Below, piece after piece: positions 1 to 9,263 of a stretch of 64,000 nucleotides of DNA (positions are counted from its first letter, which is position 1; each line of letters opens with the position of its first letter). A model generated the notes under the pieces. That model saw only the letters and a program-made list of their open reading frames with translations, was not told where the DNA came from and searched no databases. The position numbers and the translations under genes were made by a program. Origin of the DNA: a virus. The DNA lies in the IMG/VR virus record IMGVR_UViG_3300044630_006441, positions 81,197 through 145,196 of that record. One strand, written 5' to 3'.

Positions 1-201
1 GCCGCCCGTCTTTCCTACGAGACCTTCGATGGGCAGATCGATGTCCAGAAGGATTTCGCCCTCCACGACGATCTAGCCAAGTCGGGACACTGGTCACCCT
101 TTGAGCACTCAGCCGTCGCCCTGATGGGGGATGTGTGCGTCGGTAATTTCCGTGGCTGGAAACAGTATCGAAAGTTCTTCGCTGGAGAAGACGGCAAATG
201 A
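1..201 (+). CDS. thyX: Flavin-dependent thymidylate synthase ThyX, C-terminal fragment (truncated at window edge)
   Basis: Frame-1 translation AARLSYETFDG...GHWSPFEH...GNFRGWKQYRK*, typical of phage ThyX C-termini; not in the ORF track. Confidence 0.75.
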   Translation, partial: AARLSYETFDGQIDVQKDFALHDDLAKSGHWSPFEHSAVALMGDVCVGNFRGWKQYRKFFAGEDGK

Positions 202-818
202 AGAAGAAAATCCAATGGCTGAAATGGGTTGACCCATTGCGCTGGCAGGACACGAAAGACCCGGAGCTTTCCGGCGAGCAGTCCACAACGGATTCTTTTT
301 CCGAAGATGACGACCAGGAGTCGGCCCGTCATGTCCGCATGATATCCGGGCCATATGGCCTTGTTCCCGTTGGCGAGCACGGCTTGTCCAGCAAGCTGTA
401 CAAACTCTGGGTTGCCCACACCAATTTTGACATCACCGAGTCCGTGGTCGAGACGGTCGAGGAAATACCCGGCGTTGAGATCCTCAGGGTCTGGACGCGG
501 TACCGCATGTGGATTGGCATCGCCAACCTGTTTGATACGACCGAGGTGCAAAAGGCGATTGACTATGCCCTGTGCGGGGAACCGGAACCTCCCCCTCCCC
601 GCTCGATCAGCAAGAAACAGGATGCTGCCGTCAACATCCTCATCAAAAGACTCCAGAAGGAACACGAGAATGAAGCTTGGGCTGTTTGTCGACTACCAGA
701 TGGGACTCTTTGGGCTGGTACTGGAGCCGACTCCGAGACAGTCATCAAGACCATTACAGATGAAGGACTCGCCGACAACATCATCGCGTCCAGCTGGGAG
801 AAAAGTGGTCGTGCGTGA
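198..818 (+). CDS. Hypothetical protein
   Basis: 206-aa ORF with ATGA overlap with thyX. Confidence 0.75.
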   Translation: MKKKIQWLKWVDPLRWQDTKDPELSGEQSTTDSFSEDDDQESARHVRMISGPYGLVPVGEHGLSSKLYKLWVAHTNFDITESVVETVEEIPGVEILRVWTRYRMWIGIANLFDTTEVQKAIDYALCGEPEPPPPRSISKKQDAAVNILIKRLQKEHENEAWAVCRLPDGTLWAGTGADSETVIKTITDEGLADNIIASSWEKSGRA

Positions 819-1326
819 AGTCACCGATCAACAGATTAGGGACGCCCTGAATGTTGAGGACAACCGCAACATCATGCGGAAGGTGACCTCCAAGTATGCG
901 GCCCTGATCAATGCCGACGACCTGTACACTTGCAGCCTGTACGCCCTCTGGCGGACCCTGCAATGCCACGATCCCAGCTACAACCAGAAGTTCACGACCA
1001 GCCTGTTCCGCTTCTGCGAGTGGGAATGCCAGCGTGAGCTTCGGAAAAAGCGCACCAAGGTGCTGTCCATGACCGTCCCACTTGAGCAGGCATCCCAGTC
1101 CGAGATTGGCGAGGAGACCCTTCCATCTGTCGACGACGAGTGGATACGGGAGGCCATCAATCAACTGGACGAGGAGGATCGTGAGATTGTCCAGTTCTAT
1201 TTCATTGAAAACCACAGCCTCCGAGAAGTCTCAGCCAAGTTTGGCCTGTCGAAACAGGCTGCCCGCAAACGCAAGGCTGAGGCGATGCAAAAATTGAAAG
1301 AACGACTCGAGTCCTGTTCTGGTTAG
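805..1326 (+). CDS. Sigma-70-family RNA polymerase sigma factor (phage-encoded)
   Basis: Region-2-like DDL...ALW...D...KFTT and region-4 HTH (LDEEDREIV...ENHSLREVSAKFGLSKQAARK); start likely GTG 805 or 811 after GGGAG. Confidence 0.8.
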   Translation: MVVREVTDQQIRDALNVEDNRNIMRKVTSKYAALINADDLYTCSLYALWRTLQCHDPSYNQKFTTSLFRFCEWECQRELRKKRTKVLSMTVPLEQASQSEIGEETLPSVDDEWIREAINQLDEEDREIVQFYFIENHSLREVSAKFGLSKQAARKRKAEAMQKLKERLESCSG

Positions 1327-1366
1327 TATCAGTAGCCCAACGGTATGTCTTAAGCAGGAGAGCGAT

Positions 1367-1624
1367 ATGGCCACCAATGTAGAGCAAGTCAAGCGTTATG
1401 TCGAAATCGTCGTGAGCGCAGCCGCCTGGATTCAGAAGATGATCCCCGGCCAGGCTGACGACAAGGCCATCGAGGCTTTGGCCAAGCTGGCCAGCCAGCC
1501 TTGGTTTGCCGAATTCGCCACCTACATCCTGAACCTTTTCGAGGACGGCAAAGAGCCTTCCTTGGCCGAGCTGAACCTCGCCCTGACCCAATTCGTCCCC
1601 ACCAAGATTGGCCCCGTTAACTGA
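1367..1624 (+). CDS. Small hypothetical protein (amphipathic)
   Basis: 85 aa, SD AGGAG upstream. Confidence 0.75.
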   Translation: MATNVEQVKRYVEIVVSAAAWIQKMIPGQADDKAIEALAKLASQPWFAEFATYILNLFEDGKEPSLAELNLALTQFVPTKIGPVN

Positions 1625-1632
1625 GGTGCTTT

Positions 1633-2451
1633 GTGCGTAAGGCTTTTTTTGCCCTGTCCTTTGTCCTGTCCTTTGCGCTGGGTGCTTCGGCGCAGGATAA
1701 GTATCCGCTGCCCAAACAGTCGATTGTCGGGGCGGAAAAGCCTATCCCCCTCGGTGAACTGGTTGACCTGGGCCTGTCACCCATCGAGAACAAGCCAGCC
1801 AATCTTGTTGCCTCCGCCGTCGACTGGAAAGTGTTTGAGGGCAATGTCCCCAAGCGCGTCCGTCCGACTGGGGATGGGATCTTCTTTGGCGCAGGCGTTC
1901 AGCCTAAAAAATTACTTGTCATTGCCTCCGTCAGTTACCTATATGTGACTAAGGAAGGCGACAAGATCACAGATGCTCAGACTAGGATTCAGGTCCTAAC
2001 CACTGAGTTGCAGATTGGCCAGTCCGAACCGATCCCGGGTCCAACTCCCACACCCACCCCAGGCCCGGGACCCGCTCCGACCCCCACCCCCACCCCAACG
2101 CTGCCGGACGGGCGGTTCGGGCTGGCCAAGACCTCCTTCCTGCTGGCGACCTCCAAGGTGGCTGCTCCCAGAGAAAAAGCCGCCCTCGCCATCTCCGAGG
2201 CTTTTGAGTCCATCGCCTCTTCGGTCGCAGCCGGAGCCTACAAGACCGGCGACGCCATCCTGAAAGCAACCAAAGACGCCAACAACTCCGCTCTGGCTTC
2301 AGCGAACCTCAGCCCGGAACCCTGGGAAGAGTTCGGCACCGAGCTTCAGAAGGTCCTGTACGAGATGTACAAGACCAAGAAGATCACGACTGCTGAAGAC
2401 TACGCGGACGCATGGCGGGAAATCGCAACCGGTCTGAAGGCGGTGAAATAA
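1633..2451 (+). CDS. Secreted protein with signal peptide and Pro/Thr linker
   Basis: N-terminal MRKAFFALSFVLSFALGASA signal-like; PGPTPTPTPGPGPAPTPTPTP linker; SD GAGG. Confidence 0.75.
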   Translation: MRKAFFALSFVLSFALGASAQDKYPLPKQSIVGAEKPIPLGELVDLGLSPIENKPANLVASAVDWKVFEGNVPKRVRPTGDGIFFGAGVQPKKLLVIASVSYLYVTKEGDKITDAQTRIQVLTTELQIGQSEPIPGPTPTPTPGPGPAPTPTPTPTLPDGRFGLAKTSFLLATSKVAAPREKAALAISEAFESIASSVAAGAYKTGDAILKATKDANNSALASANLSPEPWEEFGTELQKVLYEMYKTKKITTAEDYADAWREIATGLKAVK

Positions 2452-2452
2452 C

Positions 2453-3388
2453 ATGAATACTGAGATTATCGACGCTTACCGTAGCGGTAAAGAATCTGGC
2501 TGGCCAGGCGCTGAACAAGCTGCCGTCGGCTACCAGATGGTGAAGGATGACTACAACTTCGTCGATTTCCAGATCGTCGGAGCGGTTGGCGCCCCGCCCA
2601 AGTTCTCCGAGAATTACCGGGTGGCCCGCAAGGTTCTTGGCCGGGATATCGGCGGGAAACTGAGCGTGCAACTCATCGGAGACTGCGTGTCCTGGGGGAT
2701 GAAGCACGCCATTGAGTATCTCTCCTGCGTGGACATCCTCATGCGGAAAGACGCTGAGGAGTTCCATCCTGTATTTGCCCCGTACATCTACGGCATTAGC
2801 CGCGTGCAAATCGGTGGCGGCAGGATCGGCGGGGATGGCAGCATCGGCTCGTGGGCAGCTGCCGGTGTGATGAAGTACGGCACCATCTTCGCCAACAAGG
2901 ATGAGTGTCCCCCCTACGGCAAAGACATTGCGCGCAGGTGGGGCAGCAAGGGGCCGGACGCCAAGTTCATCGAGGTGGGCAAGAAATATCTTGTCCAGTC
3001 CGCCGCCAAGGTGAAAAGCTGGGACGAGTTGATTGCGGGTCTGGCCAACGGCTATTCCTGCACGGTCGCCAGCGACCAGGGCTTCGACATGACGCCCGGG
3101 GCGGACGGCTACCACGACCCCAGCGGCTCCTGGGCGCACCAGATGTGCATCTATGACTACTGCCTGCTGGATCAGGAGCATGTCTACATTGCCAATTCGT
3201 GGGGCGATTCCCACGGCGTGGTCAAGAATCCGGGCACGGGCGAGGAAATGCCGCGTGGCACGCTGAAGGTCAAGCGCAAGATCATCGAGCGCATGATCGG
3301 GCAGGGGGACACCTTCCTGGTGTCTCAGTTCAACGGCTTCCCCGCCCAGGACATCCCCGCAGCCCTGTTCGATCTGGTAGGCAAATGA
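2453..3388 (+). CDS. Papain-like (C1-family) cysteine peptidase
   Basis: Q-x-x-G-D-C-V-S-W (catalytic Cys), HQM (His), NSWG (Asn). Confidence 0.8.
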   Translation: MNTEIIDAYRSGKESGWPGAEQAAVGYQMVKDDYNFVDFQIVGAVGAPPKFSENYRVARKVLGRDIGGKLSVQLIGDCVSWGMKHAIEYLSCVDILMRKDAEEFHPVFAPYIYGISRVQIGGGRIGGDGSIGSWAAAGVMKYGTIFANKDECPPYGKDIARRWGSKGPDAKFIEVGKKYLVQSAAKVKSWDELIAGLANGYSCTVASDQGFDMTPGADGYHDPSGSWAHQMCIYDYCLLDQEHVYIANSWGDSHGVVKNPGTGEEMPRGTLKVKRKIIERMIGQGDTFLVSQFNGFPAQDIPAALFDLVGK

Positions 3389-3612
3389 AATCCATCGCCC
3401 TGAGCATGTTTCTGGTGGGAACAGCACAGCCCGCCGAGACTTTCAATGTGATTCCTTCTGCCGACTGGATTGCCTCCTACGGTTCGGCCCTGGCCCAGGA
3501 CCCCGCCAATCTTGAGCATTGGTGGTGGGACGACAGACTGAAGTGCTGGTGGCGACGCGGACCCAAGAGACCCATCGATGAGCGATTTTCAGCGAGACGA
3601 ACCGGCCATTGA
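3385..3612 (+). CDS. Small Trp-rich, possibly secreted protein
   Basis: ATGA overlap with peptidase; MKSIALSMFLVG...WWWDDRLKCWWRR. Confidence 0.55.
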   Translation: MKSIALSMFLVGTAQPAETFNVIPSADWIASYGSALAQDPANLEHWWWDDRLKCWWRRGPKRPIDERFSARRTGH

Positions 3613-3925
3613 ACCCGTAAAGAGCGGCCAGTACCCCGTCCTTCAGGGGTATCTGGAACAAAATCTGGTCGGTTTTGATCCGTTTACGATCCTGATGATC
3701 ATTTCAATCGGGATTCAGGCCCTGCGCCTGCTGTGGGAGTGCAAAAAAGCCCGTTCCGCCCTCCAGGCGTTGGCCCGCAGTAACGGCCCAGCCACCCGGA
3801 TGTATGTCCACCATAAGGTGTATAAGCAGTTGATCCGGGCCGGATTTGAAGAAGAAAAGGCGCACGCAGCGTCGCAGGCCCTCCGACTAGCATTTGCCGA
3901 GGGGCGGTTCGACGATGGCGGATGA
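3578..3925 (+). CDS. Hypothetical membrane protein
   Basis: One hydrophobic segment FDPFTILMIISIGIQALRLLW. Confidence 0.65.
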   Translation: MSDFQRDEPAIEPVKSGQYPVLQGYLEQNLVGFDPFTILMIISIGIQALRLLWECKKARSALQALARSNGPATRMYVHHKVYKQLIRAGFEEEKAHAASQALRLAFAEGRFDDGG

Positions 3926-5000
3926 TTTTCGACGATTTGGTGGGTCTGCATCGACCTTAAAAGTGACGGTCGATGCGACCTCCACATCAATATTCGTCGA
4001 ACCATCTATCAGTTTTCCATCAAATCCGCCCTTTGACATCGTTATCGATTCCGAAATCATTACCGTCCGCACAATAGCATATAGCTCTTTATATCAAGCA
4101 ACTTGGCTGATTGTTTCTCGCGGCCAAGAATCTACTGTGGCGACCAAACACCTCAAGGGTCGTCCGGTAACTCCGGTTCTCACCAAAAAAGCCTTTCTGA
4201 ATGTGGTCGACGACAAGGGATCTGCCTCTGCCCGTCCCGTTCCGGCCACCTCTATCACCGTAAAACCTGTTGAAGGCAACGGGATTTTCCTGATAGACCC
4301 CATGACCAACGACTGGCGGCGATTCCAGGCGGAAGAAGATGTTTTGCCGCCCGTCTTAAGTGATGGGGAATACGCAGACATATATGCCTACTGGAACGAG
4401 ACCGCCCAAGAAACTCGCTATTTTATGACGGTTTGGTCGAGTTCCATGCCCAGGCTGGTCACGACCCTCAGGGATGGGGTGTCCGTGAGGGCGGACACCT
4501 TCAGCATCACCCCAAGGCGCTACATCGGCACGGTTCAGCGGCAGGGAAGTCTGTACACGCCGACAGCAAACCGGGTCAATCTGGCGACAGCCAACAATCC
4601 AACGGCCCGCCACGAAGGGTTCAAGGTTGTGCGGCTTAATCCAACCGTAACCGGCGTGACCCTGCATGGTCTACAGTCGGCCCGCGACGGCAAGACGGTA
4701 GTCCTGAGCAATATCTCTTCCACGCAGGCAGTCCTGCTGAAGCACTTCTCCTCGTCGGCGTTGACCAACGAGAAGCTCATACTCCCAAGCGGTGGAGATT
4801 TGACCATACCGCCCGGGGGTGGGGTGGTGTGTGTTTACGATGTTGTGACTAGAGCCTGGCGAATCGTCAATAACTGCTTTATCCGTCCTCCCCGAGGCAA
4901 CGACCCTGATCTGGTCATGAATGCCCTAGAAGATGGCCTGGGTAATCTGCTGGCTTATTCCGACGGTTCAGCCGATCTGATTCTTTATCAAGGAAATTAA
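3915..5000 (+). CDS. Putative virion fibre/structural protein, paralog of the N-terminus of 5003-9115
   Basis: Shares motifs (PF...E...V...RGQE.T, AYWN.T, DGV.V, LKH, GV..VYD) with the next gene; RGQE.T.A..H is typical of tail fibre anchors. Confidence 0.6.
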   Translation: MADDFRRFGGSASTLKVTVDATSTSIFVEPSISFPSNPPFDIVIDSEIITVRTIAYSSLYQATWLIVSRGQESTVATKHLKGRPVTPVLTKKAFLNVVDDKGSASARPVPATSITVKPVEGNGIFLIDPMTNDWRRFQAEEDVLPPVLSDGEYADIYAYWNETAQETRYFMTVWSSSMPRLVTTLRDGVSVRADTFSITPRRYIGTVQRQGSLYTPTANRVNLATANNPTARHEGFKVVRLNPTVTGVTLHGLQSARDGKTVVLSNISSTQAVLLKHFSSSALTNEKLILPSGGDLTIPPGGGVVCVYDVVTRAWRIVNNCFIRPPRGNDPDLVMNALEDGLGNLLAYSDGSADLILYQGN

Positions 5001-5002
5001 AA

Positions 5003-8000
5003 ATGGCTGGGAAACTGCATCGTTTTTCTAACCAGGCTGTCACCTATCTTGCGACCCCGATCAGCTCGACAGATACCGAGATCACGGTCGCTAACATCCT
5101 GCGTTTCCCGCCCGCCCCCTTTGAGGTCACCTGCGGACAAGAGGTGATGCGGGTCACCGCCGTAGATGAAGAGACCAATACCCTGACGGTGTTGCGCGGT
5201 CAGGAAGGCACCACCGCCGTATTGCATTACGCCAGCGACCCCATCGCCCACACAGTCACCCGGGATGGGCTGCTTGATACTGCGGAGAACAATGGGGTTG
5301 CCAACGCTGCTTTGTCTTTTTCGGCAACTGACACGGAGGCTGCTGGCTCAGGCACGGTTTATCTGGCCCCGCTCCAGGGCAACAATATTGCCCTATACGA
5401 TTCAGTTGAAAGTCGCTGGCGCAAGTTCACCCTCGACCCAGCCCCTTCGGTGTCGGCGTCCGAGCCTGCCGGTAAGTGTGTGGATGTTTTTGCCTACTGG
5501 AACGGCACCGCTGTCGCCTTACAAAAAGTTGTGTGGGATCGAGAAACGGGTCGCCCATCCGGGTACGACCTTGTCCGGGTAGATGGCGTTCTTGTCAGCG
5601 AAGATTCAACCACTTGGCGCCATGTCGGTAGCTACCAGATGCTGGCCAACTCGGCGGTGGCCCTGTCTTCGCACACCCCAGCCCTCTCCGGGGCAAGCAC
5701 GAACGAATTGATGCGGTACAACAAAACCATCATTCGTGTAGACCCACCCATCAATGGTTTTGAAATCAACGGGGTGGAAAAGATCGCCGACGGAGAAACG
5801 GTCTATGTGCTGAATGTCAGCGGGACCGACAGCTTTTACCTAAAGCACAATTCGGGGCTGACCCCGGCCGGTTGCAAGCTGCTCGTTCTTGACCAGGAAG
5901 ATTATCCAGTCTATCCCCTGAGCGGCGTCACCCTTGTGTACGATGCCGTGGCTGCTGGCTACAGGGTGTTGGGGGCTTGCTGCACCACGACCACGACGAC
6001 CACGACTACCACAACGACGACTACGACCACTACCAGTACGACCACTACGACATCCACAACGCCCTCTCTGGGCACAACGACTACCACAACCACCGCCAAT
6101 CCGAACACGACCACGACCACCACATCGACTACTACGCCTTCTCCTGTCGTCGTCCAAAACTGTTTGCCGGAAGTGACTTATGTCCGCGCAGTAGATGCCG
6201 GTAATGGTTCTTATCGTTTTGAGTTCAGCGGTGATAACACGAATTGGTTTGAAATCACCTCACAAACTCCAAAGTGGGTGGCCAACAAAACTTATTTGTT
6301 CCATTTGACCAATACCTCAGCCCACCCTTGGCGTGTGTTTGACAGCCAGGGCTTTAGTCGTTTGGTTAAGGCGACTACGAATGGTGCCAGCGGCAATGTG
6401 GCCGATGGCTTTTACGGTGGGGATGTGACTTTGACGGTCACTCTGAACGACAATGTCCCGTTCAGTTTTGACTGTGCCACTCATACCTACGAGGGTGCGA
6501 ACAACGCTTTTGTTTACAACGGCACTTGCACGGAGTGCGCCCAGCCGAATATGTATGTGCGTTTGAACATGGACCCGGCCACCTTGCCTGCGCCGCCAGC
6601 ATGGCCTTCAAATGTGCCCGAGGTTCAGGTTCGTTTTAAAAATGACGGCGACTTTTATTTTGGCCCACCGGGTGGTTTTGGAAACGGTATAGCTCGCGGC
6701 AAGTTGGATTTTCCAAGCATTAGCGGTGTTATTTCGGGTTTAGTTTTAAAATTATATGGCGTTACGGCTTCTCAAGGCATTACCGATGCAGTAATTTTAT
6801 TGCGTTCGCCAACAGGTAAGGATGTATTGATTGCTGGAAGACTGCCCGTTCCCGAAAATAGCGTTGGCGTTGATTATACGATCAACAACGACTTAAACAG
6901 CCCACTTTTGTCTTTTGGAACTTCTGGTTCGTTCAGACCAAACCCAAATGGTAATCAGGATGGGAATTTTTGGAACGATTCTTCTAGTCCATATGGCACT
7001 ACTTTTTCTGATCTTTTTAATGATTCGCCTACTGGCGAATGGACACTTGGATTAGTCGCCAATACGGTGGGTGGTCCATATGAAGTAAAAATTAAAAGTT
7101 GGTCTTTGGAAGTGCTTACTTCGACCAATGAATCGCATACCGTTTGGTCGATCAGCCGCCAGGACGCTGGAAAGACGGCGATTGCTGCTTTTCCGTATCA
7201 GCCAGATACCGTTGTTCAAAATGGCTTAGTGGATGGATTTACCACCTATCCCACAAGTCTAGGTGCGAACAGCGTCAGCTATTTCCGTTTCCGCTCCCAA
7301 TATACCGCCAACTATTATTTGAATGCGGGCGGCTTTAATACGGGCGGCATACGGCTGGATATTTATAGGAATTGGGATGCTTCTGGCAGTCCAGACACAA
7401 CTTACACAAATCTGTTTGATTCACAACAAAAAAGATTGTCCTGCACCTCTGGTGAGTTCATTACTTTTAAGTTCACTAATACTGTCGATTCTTCCAAGCA
7501 GATACGCTTGAAATTGCAAACTCCTGGCGTACATTACGAGATCAGCGCCGACGAACAAAACTGGTTCATGCCTAATAGGTGGAAGTGGGGTGGGAGTAGT
7601 GCCACCGCTGCGGCTACCTACAATCTGAATCTAAAACGACTCACCAATAGCAAATTCGCTATCCGGCTGCTTGAGGGTACGGTCACGACCAGTTTTACGG
7701 CCATGCCTGGCGGTGGTGGCGTTGGTCAAGTTACTAGCGAATCTAACACATTTTACTATTACGATTCCACCAAATCTGAAACGCAAGAGTTGGTGTTCAC
7801 AATGGGTGGTTCTAGTCCCACCACTCGACACATGGAAACCCTCACGGGTGTTCTGCATACTGAAAACGATGCCAACGACCCAGAGCGCCAAGCCATTAAA
7901 TATGACAGCGCATGTCGGGGCGGCACTCCTCCTGAGGATACGACCCCGCCACCGACTACTACTGGTCAGCCCTGGGTGGCTGGCTACTACTGCGTAAGCG

Positions 8001-9115
8001 ACAGCTATCAAGGCACAACTTCTTGTAGCTATATCAGCAGTCGTCCGGCTTCAAATCCGTTGGTTACTTATTCTGGACCTTATGCGTCTTCGTTGGCTTG
8101 TAATGCGACTTGTGTCACGACGACTACGACAACAACTACAACAGCTAACCCAAATACAACAACCACTACTACAACAGCTAACCCAAATACAACAACCACT
8201 ACCACAACTGCTGATCCAAATACTACTACCACTACTACAACAGCTGATCCAAATACTACGACGACAACGACGACTAGCGACCCGAATACTACTACGACGA
8301 CCACAACTAGCACTACTACGACAACAACAACCGAACAGCCAACTGTTAAGATGTGCTGGACTTATCGAAATGATGTTGACTCAAATGACTACAGGACGCT
8401 TTGTCAGCCTCTTGACCAGCAGGCCCCAAATACAATTACGATTGGGATCGCCACTTATACAAATATTGGTGCTAACGCTGCATATAATGTGAACGATTGT
8501 GCTGATTGTTTTGCGAATCCTGATGGAACGACCACAACTAGTACTACAACTACAACTACTACCAGTACTACGACGGCTGCGCCGACCACAACAACAACAA
8601 CAACAACAACAAGTGCCCCACGCCTTTGGTGTGCAACATATTATTATAATGGTAGTCATGATTATATAGCAAGATGTTATGATTATGATAGTGCGTGGTA
8701 TGGGTCACAATTTTTATATCCAACTATTTCGTATAATACACATACATATCAAGTTGTTAATGGTCGAGAAATTACAGATTGCGCAAATTGTTCGCCAGAC
8801 ACCTCAACATCTACGACTTCGACAACAACAACGACTACGCCCGCCCCAACCACCCAGAGTCCAACCACGGCCACTCCAACACAAAGTCCAACCACCTCAA
8901 GTCCAACAACGACCGGTGCTGGTACAACTGGTGATCCAACCATAACGACTCAGCCAGGCACAACCAGCGCACCTTCGTACAGATACAACTGTGTCCCAAC
9001 AGCTCAGTCTGGCTCTGGCATTTATTACGATTGTCAATCAACTGGTAGCACGACAAATGGTACTTATGCCACGCTTCAAGACTGTTTGAATGCTGGCTGT
9101 CAGGGTTGGAGATAG
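5003..9115 (+). CDS. Large fibre/adhesin-like virion protein with poly-Thr linkers, P-proprotein-like domain and Cys4 modules
   Basis: 1370 aa; multiple poly-Thr runs; LRSPTG...GEWTL...IKSWSLEV P-domain-like; four C-terminal Cys-rich modules. Confidence 0.65.
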   Translation: MAGKLHRFSNQAVTYLATPISSTDTEITVANILRFPPAPFEVTCGQEVMRVTAVDEETNTLTVLRGQEGTTAVLHYASDPIAHTVTRDGLLDTAENNGVANAALSFSATDTEAAGSGTVYLAPLQGNNIALYDSVESRWRKFTLDPAPSVSASEPAGKCVDVFAYWNGTAVALQKVVWDRETGRPSGYDLVRVDGVLVSEDSTTWRHVGSYQMLANSAVALSSHTPALSGASTNELMRYNKTIIRVDPPINGFEINGVEKIADGETVYVLNVSGTDSFYLKHNSGLTPAGCKLLVLDQEDYPVYPLSGVTLVYDAVAAGYRVLGACCTTTTTTTTTTTTTTTTTSTTTTTSTTPSLGTTTTTTTANPNTTTTTTSTTTPSPVVVQNCLPEVTYVRAVDAGNGSYRFEFSGDNTNWFEITSQTPKWVANKTYLFHLTNTSAHPWRVFDSQGFSRLVKATTNGASGNVADGFYGGDVTLTVTLNDNVPFSFDCATHTYEGANNAFVYNGTCTECAQPNMYVRLNMDPATLPAPPAWPSNVPEVQVRFKNDGDFYFGPPGGFGNGIARGKLDFPSISGVISGLVLKLYGVTASQGITDAVILLRSPTGKDVLIAGRLPVPENSVGVDYTINNDLNSPLLSFGTSGSFRPNPNGNQDGNFWNDSSSPYGTTFSDLFNDSPTGEWTLGLVANTVGGPYEVKIKSWSLEVLTSTNESHTVWSISRQDAGKTAIAAFPYQPDTVVQNGLVDGFTTYPTSLGANSVSYFRFRSQYTANYYLNAGGFNTGGIRLDIYRNWDASGSPDTTYTNLFDSQQKRLSCTSGEFITFKFTNTVDSSKQIRLKLQTPGVHYEISADEQNWFMPNRWKWGGSSATAAATYNLNLKRLTNSKFAIRLLEGTVTTSFTAMPGGGGVGQVTSESNTFYYYDSTKSETQELVFTMGGSSPTTRHMETLTGVLHTENDANDPERQAIKYDSACRGGTPPEDTTPPPTTTGQPWVAGYYCVSDSYQGTTSCSYISSRPASNPLVTYSGPYASSLACNATCVTTTTTTTTTANPNTTTTTTTANPNTTTTTTTADPNTTTTTTTADPNTTTTTTTSDPNTTTTTTTSTTTTTTTEQPTVKMCWTYRNDVDSNDYRTLCQPLDQQAPNTITIGIATYTNIGANAAYNVNDCADCFANPDGTTTTSTTTTTTTSTTTAAPTTTTTTTTTSAPRLWCATYYYNGSHDYIARCYDYDSAWYGSQFLYPTISYNTHTYQVVNGREITDCANCSPDTSTSTTSTTTTTTPAPTTQSPTTATPTQSPTTSSPTTTGAGTTGDPTITTQPGTTSAPSYRYNCVPTAQSGSGIYYDCQSTGSTTNGTYATLQDCLNAGCQGWR
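8118..8333 (+). repeat. Tandem 33-bp-period coding repeat (A/S)(N/D)PNTTTTTTT x5 within poly-Thr tract
   Basis: Direct repeats such as ACAGCTAACCCAAATACAACAACCACTAC and ANPN/ADPN/SDPN-T7 units. Confidence 0.9.
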
Positions 9116-9134
9116 GATCAATTCTTAGTTAGAA

Positions 9135-9160
9135 AATAGGGTTTTTTCACCCTATTATTT
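9135..9160 (+). terminator. Inverted repeat after fibre gene (possible terminator)
   Basis: AATAGGGT-tttttc-ACCCTATT-attt. Confidence 0.45.
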
Positions 9161-9263
9161 GACAGGTCCCAAGCAGGGGTCTTGGTGTACTTTCCTTTCG
9201 CCGCAATTATTTAGGTAGTTAAATCGGGTCGGGTCGGCACCGCCCTGTGGAGGGTTTTTTGTC

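Noticed and set aside
355-804. N-terminal extension of the sigma factor in the ORF track
   Set aside because: Overlaps the 198-818 gene with low-complexity translation; the real start is likely 805 or 811
8118-8333. 33-bp periodic repeats as a CRISPR array
   Set aside because: In-frame coding repeats without unique spacers
8340-8800. Two related Cys modules rich in AAT/TAT codons as a DGR template/variable pair
   Set aside because: Not near-identical at DNA level, differences are not adenine-specific, and no reverse transcriptase is in the window
9160-9263. Cobalamin riboswitch or NrdR box upstream of nrdJ
   Set aside because: Small alternative hairpins are present but no recognisable consensus; TTGACA at 9159 lacks a properly spaced -10
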